The notes: a model not told the origin generated them from the letters alone. 64,000 bases of DNA from Nitrospira sp. (GCA_027020665.1 JALUVJ010000093.1:5795-69794), one strand, 5' to 3'. Shown: positions 54,554-64,000, numbered from the stretch's first letter. Program-made: numbers and translations.

Positions 54554-55474
54554 CTAAGATTTTCGCGGATGGGATTGATCGTATACCTGCATCAGGTGAT
54601 CTGTTTGCAGATGCGTGTAACGCTGCGTGGTGGAAAGGCTTGCGTGCCCCAACAGCTCTTGCACGGCACGCAAATCGGCTCCTCCTTCAAGTAAATGGGT
54701 GGCGTAAGTGTGGCGAAGGGTGTGCGGACTTGCGCCGGGCCGGTCGATTTGACGAAGGTAGGATTTGACGATGCGGCTGACACCGCGGGCGGTCAAGCGT
54801 CCGCCGCGATGATTGGAAAAAAGGCCCTTTGCGCCGACCGGCCGTGCCCTGAGATAAGCCTGAATGGCTTCAACTGCCTTTGCACCGATGGGCACAATGC
54901 GTTCCTTTCGGCCTTTGCCCAAAACACGAATGATGCCGGAAGGCATGTGAAGATCACGGTCCGAGAGGCCGACCAATTCCGAAATCCGGATACCGGTGGA
55001 ATAAAAGGTCTCCAAAATCGCCCGGTCACGCAAGTTGCGCCAACCCTCGCCCTTGGGCAATACAACAAGGGTGCAGGCCTGATCCACGGTTAAAAATTCA
55101 GGCAGGGGTTTTTCCGCTTTCGGACTTGAAACCTGCTTTGCGGGATTGCCTGAAAGCCGACCTTTTCGGACGAGGTAATCAAAAAAAGTACGCAAGACCG
55201 TAAGTTTGCGCGCCATCGAGCTTTTTTGCAGGCCCTTTTTTCGCTGGGCGGCGAGAAAACCCCGGATGATCAAATAATCGATTTTTGTGAGATCCACGTG
55301 AAGCGGTTTTTTTTCGCCTGTTTGCGGGGCTGTGTTTTGGCACAATGCCCTTTGTTGTGAAAGCAGATGGGCGCGAAATGCCGCAAGGTCTGAAAGATAG
55401 CTCCGTAAGGTGTGCGGCGAAACATTCCGCTCTATTTTGAGATGGTGTTCAAAATCCCGTATTGCGTGATCCAT
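54554..55474 (-). CDS. xerC: tyrosine recombinase XerC/XerD family
   Basis: It has RDRAILETFYSTGIRISEL, HTLRHTYATHLLEGGADLRAVQELLGHASLSTTQRYTH and the catalytic residues R..H.R..Y. It lies directly downstream of trmFO, as in the Bacillus gid-codV arrangement. Confidence 0.85.
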   Translation of the reverse strand: MDHAIRDFEHHLKIERNVSPHTLRSYLSDLAAFRAHLLSQQRALCQNTAPQTGEKKPLHVDLTKIDYLIIRGFLAAQRKKGLQKSSMARKLTVLRTFFDYLVRKGRLSGNPAKQVSSPKAEKPLPEFLTVDQACTLVVLPKGEGWRNLRDRAILETFYSTGIRISELVGLSDRDLHMPSGIIRVLGKGRKERIVPIGAKAVEAIQAYLRARPVGAKGLFSNHRGGRLTARGVSRIVKSYLRQIDRPGASPHTLRHTYATHLLEGGADLRAVQELLGHASLSTTQRYTHLQTDHLMQVYDQSHPRKS

Positions 55475-56799
55475 AAGGAGAGCTCATCCAATGCGCGGGT
55501 CACGATCTTTTGATTGCGTTCCGCTTTTTTCATTTTGTAACGGCCTTTTTTGAGCGGTGCGACAGGTGGAAAAAGCCCAAAATTACTGTTAATCGGTTGA
55601 AAAAACGCCGGATCGCTCTTTGTGATGTATTGAATGAGTGCCCCGTGCGCAGTGCTTTCCGGCGGCACGGCAGCTTTTTCTCCCGATAAAATCCGCGCGG
55701 CGTTCATGCCCGCGAGATAACCCATTGACGCAGACTCAACATAGCCTTCCACGCCGACGATTTGCCCTGCCAAAAACAAACCGGGTTGCGTGCGAAGTTG
55801 CAGGGTTTCGGTCAAAATCCGGGGGGAATTCAAAAAGGTGTTGCGATGCAGGCTGCCAAGACGCAGGAAGGAGGCGCTTTCAAGGCCCGGAATCATGCTG
55901 AAAATACGGCGCTGTGCAGGCCAGGTCATCTTGGTTTGAAAGCCGACCAGGCTGTAAGCGGTGCCAAAACGGTTTTCCGCACGGAGTTGAACGACGGCAA
56001 AAGGTTGTTGTCCCGTTCGGGGATCAATCAGTCCGACGGGTTTCATCGGCCCGAAAAGCGGTGTTTTTTTTCCCCGCTCAGCCAAGACTTCGATGGGCAG
56101 ACAGCCTTCAAAATAGTTGATTTTTTCAAAAGGTTTTGCCTTGACCCGTTCGCCCGCCATGAGGGCCGCGTGAAAACGGTCGTACTCGGCCCCGGTCATG
56201 GGGCAATTGAGGTAATCGGCGCCGCCTTTGTTATAGCGGGAGGCGCGGAAAACGATCTCCATGTTGATGCTGTCGGCTTCGAGAATGGGTGAAATCGCAT
56301 CATAAAAATAAAGATGTTCCGTTTGCGCCGCCTGTTGTAAGGACTCTGTCAAGGGTTCGGAGGTGAGCGGTCCGGAGGAAACAATTGCGACCGTGCCTTC
56401 GGGCGGCATCTCCTTAACTTCTTCGTGCAGCACGGTAATACGGGGATGCGTTTTAATCGCTTCTGAAACCGCAGCAGAAAACCGATCGCGGTCCACCGCC
56501 AAGGCGCCGCCTGCGGGCACGGCGGTTTCTTCCGCTGTGCGGATGATGAGTGAGCCGAGTCGGCGCATCTCTTCTTTTAAGAGTCCGGGTGCGCTGACGG
56601 CGTTGAGCGAGCCGAGGGAGTTGCTGCAAACGAGTTCCGCCAGTTGTCCTGTTTCATGTGCGGGTGTGAGTTTGACGGGGCGCATTTCATAGAGCGTAAC
56701 CTCGACGCCGCGTTCGGCGGCTTGCCACGCCGCTTCGGAACCGGCGAGACCGCCGCCCACGACGATCAGTTTTTTGTTATGAGCTGAGATGGAATTCAT
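55432..56799 (-). CDS. trmFO: methylenetetrahydrofolate--tRNA-(uracil-5-)-methyltransferase TrmFO
   Basis: It has the FAD motif VVGGGLAGSEAAWQAA and is Gid/TrmFO-like throughout. Confidence 0.9.
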   Translation of the reverse strand: MNSISAHNKKLIVVGGGLAGSEAAWQAAERGVEVTLYEMRPVKLTPAHETGQLAELVCSNSLGSLNAVSAPGLLKEEMRRLGSLIIRTAEETAVPAGGALAVDRDRFSAAVSEAIKTHPRITVLHEEVKEMPPEGTVAIVSSGPLTSEPLTESLQQAAQTEHLYFYDAISPILEADSINMEIVFRASRYNKGGADYLNCPMTGAEYDRFHAALMAGERVKAKPFEKINYFEGCLPIEVLAERGKKTPLFGPMKPVGLIDPRTGQQPFAVVQLRAENRFGTAYSLVGFQTKMTWPAQRRIFSMIPGLESASFLRLGSLHRNTFLNSPRILTETLQLRTQPGLFLAGQIVGVEGYVESASMGYLAGMNAARILSGEKAAVPPESTAHGALIQYITKSDPAFFQPINSNFGLFPPVAPLKKGRYKMKKAERNQKIVTRALDELSLWITQYGILNTISK

Positions 56800-57602
56800 T
56801 CGTAGCCTTCTGCTTCGTTTGGAAATTTACCGGTGCGCACGTCTGAGCCATAACGGGAAAAGGCTTCCTTGGCGATGGCTGTAAAATCGGCATACCGCCG
56901 GACAAATTTGGGATGAAAACGGGTAAAAAGCCCCAGCAGGTCGTGCATGACAAGCACCTGTCCATCGCAGTGCGGGCCTGCGCCGATGCCGATGGTGGGA
57001 ATGCGGAGGGTTTCGCTGATCGTTTTCGCAAGCGCATTGGGCATGCCTTCCAGCACAATCGAGAAGGCGCCTGCGGATTCGAGTTGTTTGGCGTCATCAA
57101 TCAATTGCCGGGCTTGCCCCGCACTGCGTCCCTGCACCTTGTAGCCGCCCATGCGATGAACGGATTGCGGTGTGAGTCCGATATGGGCCATCACGGGCAT
57201 GTCGTAACGGCTGAGCATTTCCACACGGTCGGTGATACCGACACCGCCCTCAAACTTCACTGCGGCCGCGCCGCCTTCTTTCATCAGGCGCCCTGCGTTT
57301 TTGAGTGTGTCTTCCATGCCGCTTTGATAAGACATAAAAGGCATGTCTGCAACGACCAGGGCTTGTTTTGCAGCGCGGGCGACCATCCGGGTGTGATAGA
57401 CCATCTGATCCATTGTAACCGGCAGCGTGCTTTCCTGCCCCTGTACCACGATGCCGAGCGTGTCCCCGACCAGGATGATGTCCATGCCTGCTTCGTCGGC
57501 CAATTTTGCGAAAGGAAAGTCGTAAGCCGTCAGCACGACGATTTTTTCGCCGTCTTCTTTTTTTTTCAGAAGTGCCGGCACGGTGATGTGTTTCTTGTTC
57601 AT
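56796..57602 (-). CDS. panB: 3-methyl-2-oxobutanoate hydroxymethyltransferase
   Basis: It has KIVVLTAYDFPFAKLADEAGMDIILVGDTLG. I prefer the ATG at 57602; the track start at 57647 is a GTG that would overlap folD. Confidence 0.9.
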   Translation of the reverse strand: MNKKHITVPALLKKKEDGEKIVVLTAYDFPFAKLADEAGMDIILVGDTLGIVVQGQESTLPVTMDQMVYHTRMVARAAKQALVVADMPFMSYQSGMEDTLKNAGRLMKEGGAAAVKFEGGVGITDRVEMLSRYDMPVMAHIGLTPQSVHRMGGYKVQGRSAGQARQLIDDAKQLESAGAFSIVLEGMPNALAKTISETLRIPTIGIGAGPHCDGQVLVMHDLLGLFTRFHPKFVRRYADFTAIAKEAFSRYGSDVRTGKFPNEAEGYE

Positions 57603-57606
57603 GATT

Positions 57607-58494
57607 TTATTCTTTTGTATGTCCGCGCTTTCCGGAGGGTTTCGCACGGGCTTCCGCCCATTTTGCAGACTGAAGCGTGTTGGAAAGCAGCATGGCGATG
57701 GTCATCGGTCCGACACCGCCGGGCACGGGTGTAATTGCCCCGGCCACTTGACTTACGGGATCGTAATCAACATCGCCCGAGAGATGGCCGTCCGGCAGCC
57801 GGTTGATGCCGACGTCGATGACGGTTGCGCCCGGTTTTACCATTTTTTCGGTGATAAACTGCGGCCGCCCAATCGCGGCAACAAGGATATCGGCTTCGCG
57901 GCAGACTGCGGCTAAATCACGCGTTTTGGAATGACAGAGTGTTACCGTCGCATGACGATGCAGCAGCAACAACGCCGCCGGTTTCCCGACGATGTCGCTT
58001 CGTCCGACAACAACGGCATGTGCGCCCTTAATTTCAATTTTAGAACGCTCGAGCAATTCGATAATGCCCAAGGGCGTGCAGGAGACAAAACCCGGGCGAT
58101 TGGCGACTAACTTGCCGACATTCAAATAATGGAAACCGTCCACATCTTTCTCGGGGCTGACGGCGTCCAGGATGCGGCGCGAATCAATTTGTTTCGGAAG
58201 CGGCAACTGGACTAAAATACCGTGGATTTTTGTGTTTTGATTCAAATCTTCAACTAAGTGCAAGACTTCGGATTCCGAACTGTCTTCCGGCAGCGTATAC
58301 TGTTCCGAGTAAATGCCGACGGCGTCACACATTTTTCTTTTATTGCGCACATAAATTGTAGACGCGGGATCCTCACCTACCAGGATGACGGCAAGTCCCG
58401 GGGTCTCTTTTATCGCCTGGGTCTCGATTTCTCGTTGAATCTCTTCGCGCACGGCCTGTGCGATCAGTTTGCCATTAATTTTCATTGCGGTCAC
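57607..58494 (-). CDS. folD: bifunctional methylenetetrahydrofolate dehydrogenase / methenyl-THF cyclohydrolase
   Basis: It has PGLAVILVGEDPASTIYVRNK, GILVQLPLP, GRSDIVGKP and PVPGGVGPMT. Confidence 0.95.
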   Translation of the reverse strand: MTAMKINGKLIAQAVREEIQREIETQAIKETPGLAVILVGEDPASTIYVRNKRKMCDAVGIYSEQYTLPEDSSESEVLHLVEDLNQNTKIHGILVQLPLPKQIDSRRILDAVSPEKDVDGFHYLNVGKLVANRPGFVSCTPLGIIELLERSKIEIKGAHAVVVGRSDIVGKPAALLLLHRHATVTLCHSKTRDLAAVCREADILVAAIGRPQFITEKMVKPGATVIDVGINRLPDGHLSGDVDYDPVSQVAGAITPVPGGVGPMTIAMLLSNTLQSAKWAEARAKPSGKRGHTKE

Positions 58495-58508
58495 GGATTG
58501 TTTCCTCC

Positions 58509-59189
58509 TTAATCAGCGGGTCTTCTACATACGATGGTGCGTTTTTCTGTAATAACATAATCCACAGGCACATCGCTTGTTTCAACAGGGAGATGCGGGA
58601 TGATTTGGATTTCAAATGCAAGTCCGACCCGCGGTTTGTCGATATTTTGAAGGACGTGGTCATAATAGCCTCCGCCCTGTCCCAGGCGGTTGCCCTGGAG
58701 GTCAAATCCGACCCCCGGCATAATCCAAAGGTCGATGCTTTTCGGATCGACCCTTTTTTGAAAATCCGTGCGGGGCTGACGAATTTTAAATGGTCCCGGC
58801 TCCAACACGTCGGAATCCAGGACCTTTAATTCGGAAAACCGGAGCGATTTTTTTTGAAGTTCTATCACCGGAACGGCGACCTGTTTGTTCATGCGGCGCG
58901 CGAGATGAAAGAGCGTGTCCGTTTCGACTTCTGTGGCATGTGAAAGATAAAGGTGGATGACTCGCGCTTCTCGAAATTGATGAAGTTGCAGTAATAATTG
59001 CAATACGCCCCGGCTTTTTTGCTGGCGCTCCGCCGCACTGAGCGCGCGCTTTCGAAGCAACAGTTCCGCTCGAATCGATTGCTTGAGTGTTGTGTATTGC
59101 AAAGGCAAATTCTTCTCAAAATCAGAGTAGCAACCTCCCAAACAGCTTGTCAAGGAGACAGGAAGGTCGCAGGCGCAGGCCGACGGCAT
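58509..59189 (-). CDS. 5-formyltetrahydrofolate cyclo-ligase
   Basis: It has IRAELLLRKRALS..., VAVPV and PGVGFDLQGNRLGQGGGYYD. The start is uncertain. The ATG at 59189 is preceded by GAGGGGGGAG; the track extends to 59324. Confidence 0.8.
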   Translation of the reverse strand: MPSACACDLPVSLTSCLGGCYSDFEKNLPLQYTTLKQSIRAELLLRKRALSAAERQQKSRGVLQLLLQLHQFREARVIHLYLSHATEVETDTLFHLARRMNKQVAVPVIELQKKSLRFSELKVLDSDVLEPGPFKIRQPRTDFQKRVDPKSIDLWIMPGVGFDLQGNRLGQGGGYYDHVLQNIDKPRVGLAFEIQIIPHLPVETSDVPVDYVITEKRTIVCRRPAD

Positions 59190-59435
59190 GGGCTCCCCCC
59201 TCGTTTGAAGGTATTGTATCGTTTTAGGGCTTAGGTTACAATTCGATCTTATGTCCCAGGATCGGCGATAGGAATTGGAGATGGGACAAGTGTTCATCAT
59301 CCGAGCATTCAAAATACCTACCAAGCTGACGGGGTTTTTTCATGAACGCTTTCATTCAACCGCTTATTTGGGGTTAAGTTTGGAAAAGCCTTGTCCATTC
59401 AAAAAGATGTTTCAAAACGGGCATAGACAGGCCAT

Positions 59436-59460
59436 CCCCAAAATCAGCGATTGATTTTGG
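59436..59460. repeat. intergenic palindromic motif, copy 3 (opposite orientation)
   Basis: CCCCAAAATCAGCGATTGATTTTGG has a perfect 9-bp stem, CCAAAATCA/TGATTTTGG, with a 5-nt loop. Confidence 0.7.
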
Positions 59461-59575
59461 CCGCCCCCTTAAAATTGAAAGTTCATCCTGCTTTTGATAT
59501 TCTCCCATCGCGGCGGTGCATACTTGCACTGCCCGCCCAAACAAAAGCGCATTGCGGTTTTTCTGCGTCAGAGGG

Positions 59576-61087
59576 ATGATGTTCAAGCTCTGCAAGATCT
59601 GCTTTTTTTTTCTCGCAATTTATTGTGTGCGCGACGCAGGCACGCTCCGCACGGCAAAAGCCGCATCCCCGCTTTCTTTATCGCTTGCGGAAGCCGTGAA
59701 AACCGCACTCCATAATAACATCGGCATCCAGGCCGAGCGTGAAAATGTGCGCTTGCAGGACTCGGCCTTCGCCTGGGAAGCGGCTCAGTTTGATCCCGCA
59801 CTTTCTTTTGATCTCCGTGCGGACCGCACTATACGCAGTTCAAGCTCCCTGATTGAAACAGGACCCAGCGGCACCACCCGTATTATCCAGGAAAATCAAC
59901 GCTTTAACGCGGGTATCAACCGGCGATTCCGTTCCGGGGGAAAGGCCGACCTCGTCTTTCGGCAATTCCGATCCAAGGCGTCTTTTCAAGCCGTGAATCC
60001 GACCTTTCGCGGCGATCTCGTGCTCTCCTTCACGCAACCGCTTCTGAAAGATTTCGGCGTGGAAGTGACCGAAGCCCCCCTGCGACTGGCCAATACGAAT
60101 ATCGCTATTTCAGAGACTGCTTTTGAATTGCAGGTCACACGCCTTATTTTAGATGTCAGCACAGCGTACTGGGATCTGGTGTTTCAAATCAAAAACCTTC
60201 AAGTCCGGAAGCAAACCCTGGACTCGGCGAAACAACTCCTGCGCTCCGGTCGGGCCAAAGTCGAACTGGGGCTGCTGCCCCCCATCGAAATTCTCGTTTC
60301 GGAAGCCGGAGTCGCCTCTCGCGAAGAAGCGGTTTTTGTTGCGGAAAAGGGTGTGCATGATACGGAAGACCGGCTCCGGGTTTTGCTGAACCTGCCCGGA
60401 CAGGCCCTGATCGCACCGCCGTCCATTTTTCCGACGGATCAGCCCGTCGAGGCCCGCCAAGTCCTCGACGCAGCAAGCTTGCTTGAATCGGCGGTCACCC
60501 AACGCCCTGAAATTGAAGAGAATGAACTCATGCTTCACAACCAGCGGCTTTCCGCAAAAATTGCAAAAAACCGGCTCTTTCCCTCGCTCGATCTGGTGGG
60601 CAGCGTCGGCTTAAACGGCCTCGGCAAAGATCTCCCGGATGAAGCGGAGCAAATCGAATCCGGCCGTTTTCGTCAATGGGAAGCGGGACTGGTGCTCTCT
60701 TTTCCCATCGGCAACCAGGCGGCACGCGCCGACCTGCAACGCGAACGGATCAAATTGAAGCAGGTGCTCTTTGACCGGCAAAAGCGCATCCAGCAAATTA
60801 CCCTGGAAACCAAGGAGGGCCTGCGCCGCGTGCAAACCGACTTACAACGCATCAAGGCGACCAAACGGGCACGGGAACTGGCACAAGAACAGCTTGCCGC
60901 AGGCAATGAGCGTTTTAAGTTGGGCTTGATCAGCAGCCATGATTTGCTCGAATTTCAGGACGATCTCGCCGACGCAAAGGGCAATGAATTGAAGGCCGTC
61001 ATTGACTACAACAAATCACTCGCCAACCTGGCCTATGTCACCGGCACGCTGAAAGAGAAATACCAAATCGAAACCGTTTCAAGGTGA
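59576..61087 (+). CDS. TolC-family outer-membrane efflux protein
   Basis: It has the signal peptide MMFKLCKICFFFLAIYC and LSLAEAVKTALHNNIGIQ, followed by two OEP repeats. I chose the start at ATG 59576; the track has 59516. Confidence 0.85.
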   Translation: MMFKLCKICFFFLAIYCVRDAGTLRTAKAASPLSLSLAEAVKTALHNNIGIQAERENVRLQDSAFAWEAAQFDPALSFDLRADRTIRSSSSLIETGPSGTTRIIQENQRFNAGINRRFRSGGKADLVFRQFRSKASFQAVNPTFRGDLVLSFTQPLLKDFGVEVTEAPLRLANTNIAISETAFELQVTRLILDVSTAYWDLVFQIKNLQVRKQTLDSAKQLLRSGRAKVELGLLPPIEILVSEAGVASREEAVFVAEKGVHDTEDRLRVLLNLPGQALIAPPSIFPTDQPVEARQVLDAASLLESAVTQRPEIEENELMLHNQRLSAKIAKNRLFPSLDLVGSVGLNGLGKDLPDEAEQIESGRFRQWEAGLVLSFPIGNQAARADLQRERIKLKQVLFDRQKRIQQITLETKEGLRRVQTDLQRIKATKRARELAQEQLAAGNERFKLGLISSHDLLEFQDDLADAKGNELKAVIDYNKSLANLAYVTGTLKEKYQIETVSR

Positions 61088-61119
61088 GAACAATCTGCGC
61101 AAATAAAATCTAAAACCGC

Positions 61120-64000
61120 TTATCCGTTTTCCCGGTCTGCGCGGAAATACTTCGCCTCCGGATGATGAAAGACCATCGCAGAAACCGAGGCCTCCGGGTC
61201 CATCATAAATCCTTCGGTCAAATGCACACCGATTTCATGCTCCGCATTTAAGAGCCGGAAGAGCTTTTCCTGGTCAGACATATCCGGACAGGCCGGGTAG
61301 CCGAAACTGACACGAATGCCCTGATATTTGTTTTTTAAGATTTCACGTACTGTTATATCTTCCGGGTCGGGCAGACCCCAGCCGGCACGAATTTTTTGAT
61401 GCATCCATTCGGCAAACCCTTCCGCGCCCTCAATCGCCAGGGCCTGTAAGAGGTGGGACCGCAAATAGTCCCCCGCCGTCTTCCACTTCTCCGAAAGCGC
61501 ACGCACGCCGCGGCCCAGCGTCACCACGAAGAGGGCGACGGAATCCTGCTCTTCCGAAGCGGTTTCTCGACAGTAATCCGAAAGGCAAAGATGCTCGCCG
61601 CCCTGCTGCCTCGGAAAGTGAAAGCGTTCCAGTACCCGTTCACGATTTTCGGGGTCATAGATCAGCAGGTCGTTTCCATCGGCCTGAGAGGGGAAATAAC
61701 GGTACAAACCCTGTGCGCTGAGAAGACCTTCGTTCAGCACTTCTTTTTTCATCGCCTCGACCGATTTAAACAATTTTGTTGCTTTTTCGTCGCCTTCGGA
61801 ACGCAGCCGTTCCGGATTGCCTTTCAAACCCAGATGATTGCCGTAAAGCATGGACGGATTAATGAGGGAAAAAATTTCCGAAAGCGCGCCGTTTCGAATC
61901 ACATGCGGCTCAAAATCCGGCGCCTTAGGCAGCGGCACATCACGGCGCACCTTTGAGCGCAAGGGCGCTGTCGGGGGCCCGGTTTCGGCAAGTGATTTTT
62001 TCTTTTTCGCGTCACGGTCGTTTGCGATCTGCGCCGTTTCGGCCGCCAGCTTTTCGAGTAGCGCCGGACGCTCCGAATCATCGGAAAGCCGATTGGCCAA
62101 AGCCAGTCCGTCCATTGCGTCTTTGGCGTACAAGACCGGACCGACATATTCACTTGCAATTTTAAGATTCGTAAAACGTCGCGTCAGCGCCGCACCACCC
62201 ACGAGGATGGGAAGATCAATACCCGCTTGTTTTAAGTCTTTTGCCGTGGTGACCATTTGGTGCGCCGATTTCACAAGCAGCCCTGAAAGCCCGATCATGT
62301 CGGGCTTATTTTCGCGCACGGCGGTCACTAAGGTTTCCGGCGGGACTTTAATGCCCAGGTTCACCACTTCAAAACCGTTATTTGAAAGAATGATTTCGAC
62401 CAGGTTTTTGCCGATGTCGTGCACGTCACCTTTTACGGTTGCAAGAATCACTTTGCCCCGGCTGCCGGTATCCCCTTTTTCCATTAAGGGCTCAAGGTAT
62501 TTGACCGCCGCCTTCATGGCCTCGGCCGACTGAAGCACTTCGGCAACGATCAATTCGTTGGCATTAAAGAGTCGTCCGACTTCGGCCATGCCCGCCATCA
62601 AGGGGCCGTTAATAATGTCCAGCGGCTTCATTTCTTTGAGCTTCAGGTTTAAATCGTCAATCAGGCCGTCCTTCGAGCCTTCGACGATGTATTGCGACAA
62701 GCGTTCATCCAGCGGCAGCTTGGGTTTGTCTTGTCGGGCCACAGTTTTTTTTGTTTTGAAATGCGCGGCGAAGGCCGCGACAGGATCATCGCCCCGCCAA
62801 AAAAGCAGGTCTTCAGAAAGCTTGCGCTCGTAAGCGGGAATCGAGGGATAACGTTCCAATTTCTCCGAATTCACGATGGCGTAGTCGAGACCCGCCTGAA
62901 CCGTGTGATAAAGAAAGACAGCGTTGAGCACTTCGCGACCTGCGGGTGGCAAACCAAAAGAAACATTGCTGATGCCTAAAACAGTCTTCACTTCAGGAAA
63001 TGCGGTTTTGATGAGGCGAATGCCTTCAATGGTTTCCGCCGCGGAACCGATGTAGTTGTCATCGCCCGTGCCGACGGGAAAAACAAGCGGATCAAAAATG
63101 ATGTCGTTCGGCGCGATGCCGTATTTCTCTGTGAGCAAGCGATACGAACGCTCGGCGATCTCCATTTTGCGCTTCCGCGTCACCCCCATGCCCTGATCGG
63201 GATCTTCATCGATGCAGCCCACCACGACTGCGCCGCCGTATTTTTTGAGCAGCGGCACAATTTGCTCAAAGCGGCTTTCGCCTTCTTCCAGATTGATCGA
63301 GTTGATGATGCACTTGCCCTGACAATGTTTGAGCGCGATCTCCGTGACTTCGGCATCGGTCGAGTCGATCATGATCGGGGCTTTGACTTTTTTATTCAGC
63401 TCCTGAATAAAAACATCAAAATCGGCGGCTTCATCCCGATCGGGATTGGCCATGCAGACATCAATCACCTGTGCCCCGGTTTTGACCTGCGCGCGCCCGA
63501 TTTCAGCGCCTTCCTCGATCTTGCCTTCGATGATGAGCCGTTTAAATTTCCGGCTGCCGATAACATTGGTGCGCTCTCCCACGATAATCGGCCGCATTTC
63601 ATCTTCGATTTGCAAAAAATCGATGCCCGAAACGCTCGTGCGTTTCACCGGATTTGCAACACGCGGGGCTCGGCCCCGGACCATGTTTGCAATCCGGGCA
63701 ATATGTGCCGGCGTGGTGCCACAGCAGCCGCCGATAATATTGACCCAGCCTTCGTCCACAAAACGGGACAGTTTTTGCGCAAGCCCTTCCGGTGATTCTT
63801 CGTATTGACCGTCTTCATTGGGCAGGCCCGCATTGGGGTATACGCTGACGAAACATGAGGCCATCCCGGAAAGTGCGCGAATATGATCGGTCATAAATTC
63901 TGGACCTGTCGCGCAATTCAATCCGATGGAAAACAAGGGGAAATGTTCGAGCGCAGTGTAAAGCGCCTCAACGCCCTGACCCGCCAACATTGTTCCGGTC
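61120..64000 (-). CDS. metH: cobalamin-dependent methionine synthase (N-terminus off the window)
   Basis: The end of the Hcy-binding domain (GLNCATGP, GGCCGTTP), a pterin-binding domain, the B12-binding DVHDIGKN and the activation domain are all present. The frame is open to the right edge. Confidence 0.95.
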   Translation of the reverse strand, partial: TGTMLAGQGVEALYTALEHFPLFSIGLNCATGPEFMTDHIRALSGMASCFVSVYPNAGLPNEDGQYEESPEGLAQKLSRFVDEGWVNIIGGCCGTTPAHIARIANMVRGRAPRVANPVKRTSVSGIDFLQIEDEMRPIIVGERTNVIGSRKFKRLIIEGKIEEGAEIGRAQVKTGAQVIDVCMANPDRDEAADFDVFIQELNKKVKAPIMIDSTDAEVTEIALKHCQGKCIINSINLEEGESRFEQIVPLLKKYGGAVVVGCIDEDPDQGMGVTRKRKMEIAERSYRLLTEKYGIAPNDIIFDPLVFPVGTGDDNYIGSAAETIEGIRLIKTAFPEVKTVLGISNVSFGLPPAGREVLNAVFLYHTVQAGLDYAIVNSEKLERYPSIPAYERKLSEDLLFWRGDDPVAAFAAHFKTKKTVARQDKPKLPLDERLSQYIVEGSKDGLIDDLNLKLKEMKPLDIINGPLMAGMAEVGRLFNANELIVAEVLQSAEAMKAAVKYLEPLMEKGDTGSRGKVILATVKGDVHDIGKNLVEIILSNNGFEVVNLGIKVPPETLVTAVRENKPDMIGLSGLLVKSAHQMVTTAKDLKQAGIDLPILVGGAALTRRFTNLKIASEYVGPVLYAKDAMDGLALANRLSDDSERPALLEKLAAETAQIANDRDAKKKKSLAETGPPTAPLRSKVRRDVPLPKAPDFEPHVIRNGALSEIFSLINPSMLYGNHLGLKGNPERLRSEGDEKATKLFKSVEAMKKEVLNEGLLSAQGLYRYFPSQADGNDLLIYDPENRERVLERFHFPRQQGGEHLCLSDYCRETASEEQDSVALFVVTLGRGVRALSEKWKTAGDYLRSHLLQALAIEGAEGFAEWMHQKIRAGWGLPDPEDITVREILKNKYQGIRVSFGYPACPDMSDQEKLFRLLNAEHEIGVHLTEGFMMDPEASVSAMVFHHPEAKYFRADRENG

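Noticed and set aside
54554-55474. The tyrosine recombinase as a marker of an integrated mobile element.
   Set aside because: - It has the full XerC/XerD motif set.
- It sits in the conserved trmFO-xerC housekeeping arrangement.
- I saw no flanking att-like direct repeats, tRNA gene or phage/IS genes.
61120-64000. An apparent N-terminally truncated metH, since the track ORF starts at 63990.
   Set aside because: - The frame stays open to the window edge.
- The sequence enters mid-way through the homocysteine-binding domain.
- This is a window boundary effect, not a pseudogene.

Overview
This is a 64-kb chromosomal window from a diderm (Gram-negative-type) bacterium. The taxon cannot be determined from the sequence; I ran no searches, and every call rests on reading the ORF translations and the DNA by eye. 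There are about 40 genes. The dominant feature is one uninterrupted 16.6-kb ORF (8317-24906, minus strand). It encodes a 5,529-aa secreted, highly repetitive beta-helix/Ig-like surface protein with an internal OmpA-like domain and a long C-terminal region that looks like an outer-membrane barrel. Directly downstream on the same strand sit four more genes: a membrane-anchored FecR-like protein, a Cache/HAMP sensor histidine kinase, and two paralogous REC-GAF-GGDEF response regulators. Junctions are a 1-nt overlap and 16-, 14- and 94-nt gaps. One regulator has an intact GGEEF site; the other has RNKIF in its place but keeps the RxxD I-site. I consider this five-gene block (2131-24906) the best candidate for an undescribed system: a surface-protein/FecR-like relay with c-di-GMP output instead of an ECF sigma factor. 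The rest is mostly housekeeping: fetB-like permease, exported msrA/msrB, smc, thiL, lon, galU, coaE, pduO-type adenosyltransferase, cobQ, argD-argF-argG, a fused membrane/spermidine-synthase-like protein, a one-carbon cluster (MTHFS-folD-panB-trmFO-xerC), a TolC-family protein and partial metH. Secondary oddities are listed below.
- An AT-rich, ORF-poor islet at about 26.5-30.2 kb holds an MTHFR-like gene, a LuxR-family gene, an operator-like TTCCGGATTCCGGAA pair and a possible PEP-CTERM remnant.
- A roughly 24-nt palindromic motif occurs in three intergenic regions.
- A VapB-like antitoxin remnant lies between pduO and cobQ.
- Two 720-bp blocks inside the giant gene are about 97.6% identical.
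No rRNA, tRNA, CRISPR array or intact mobile element was recognised.
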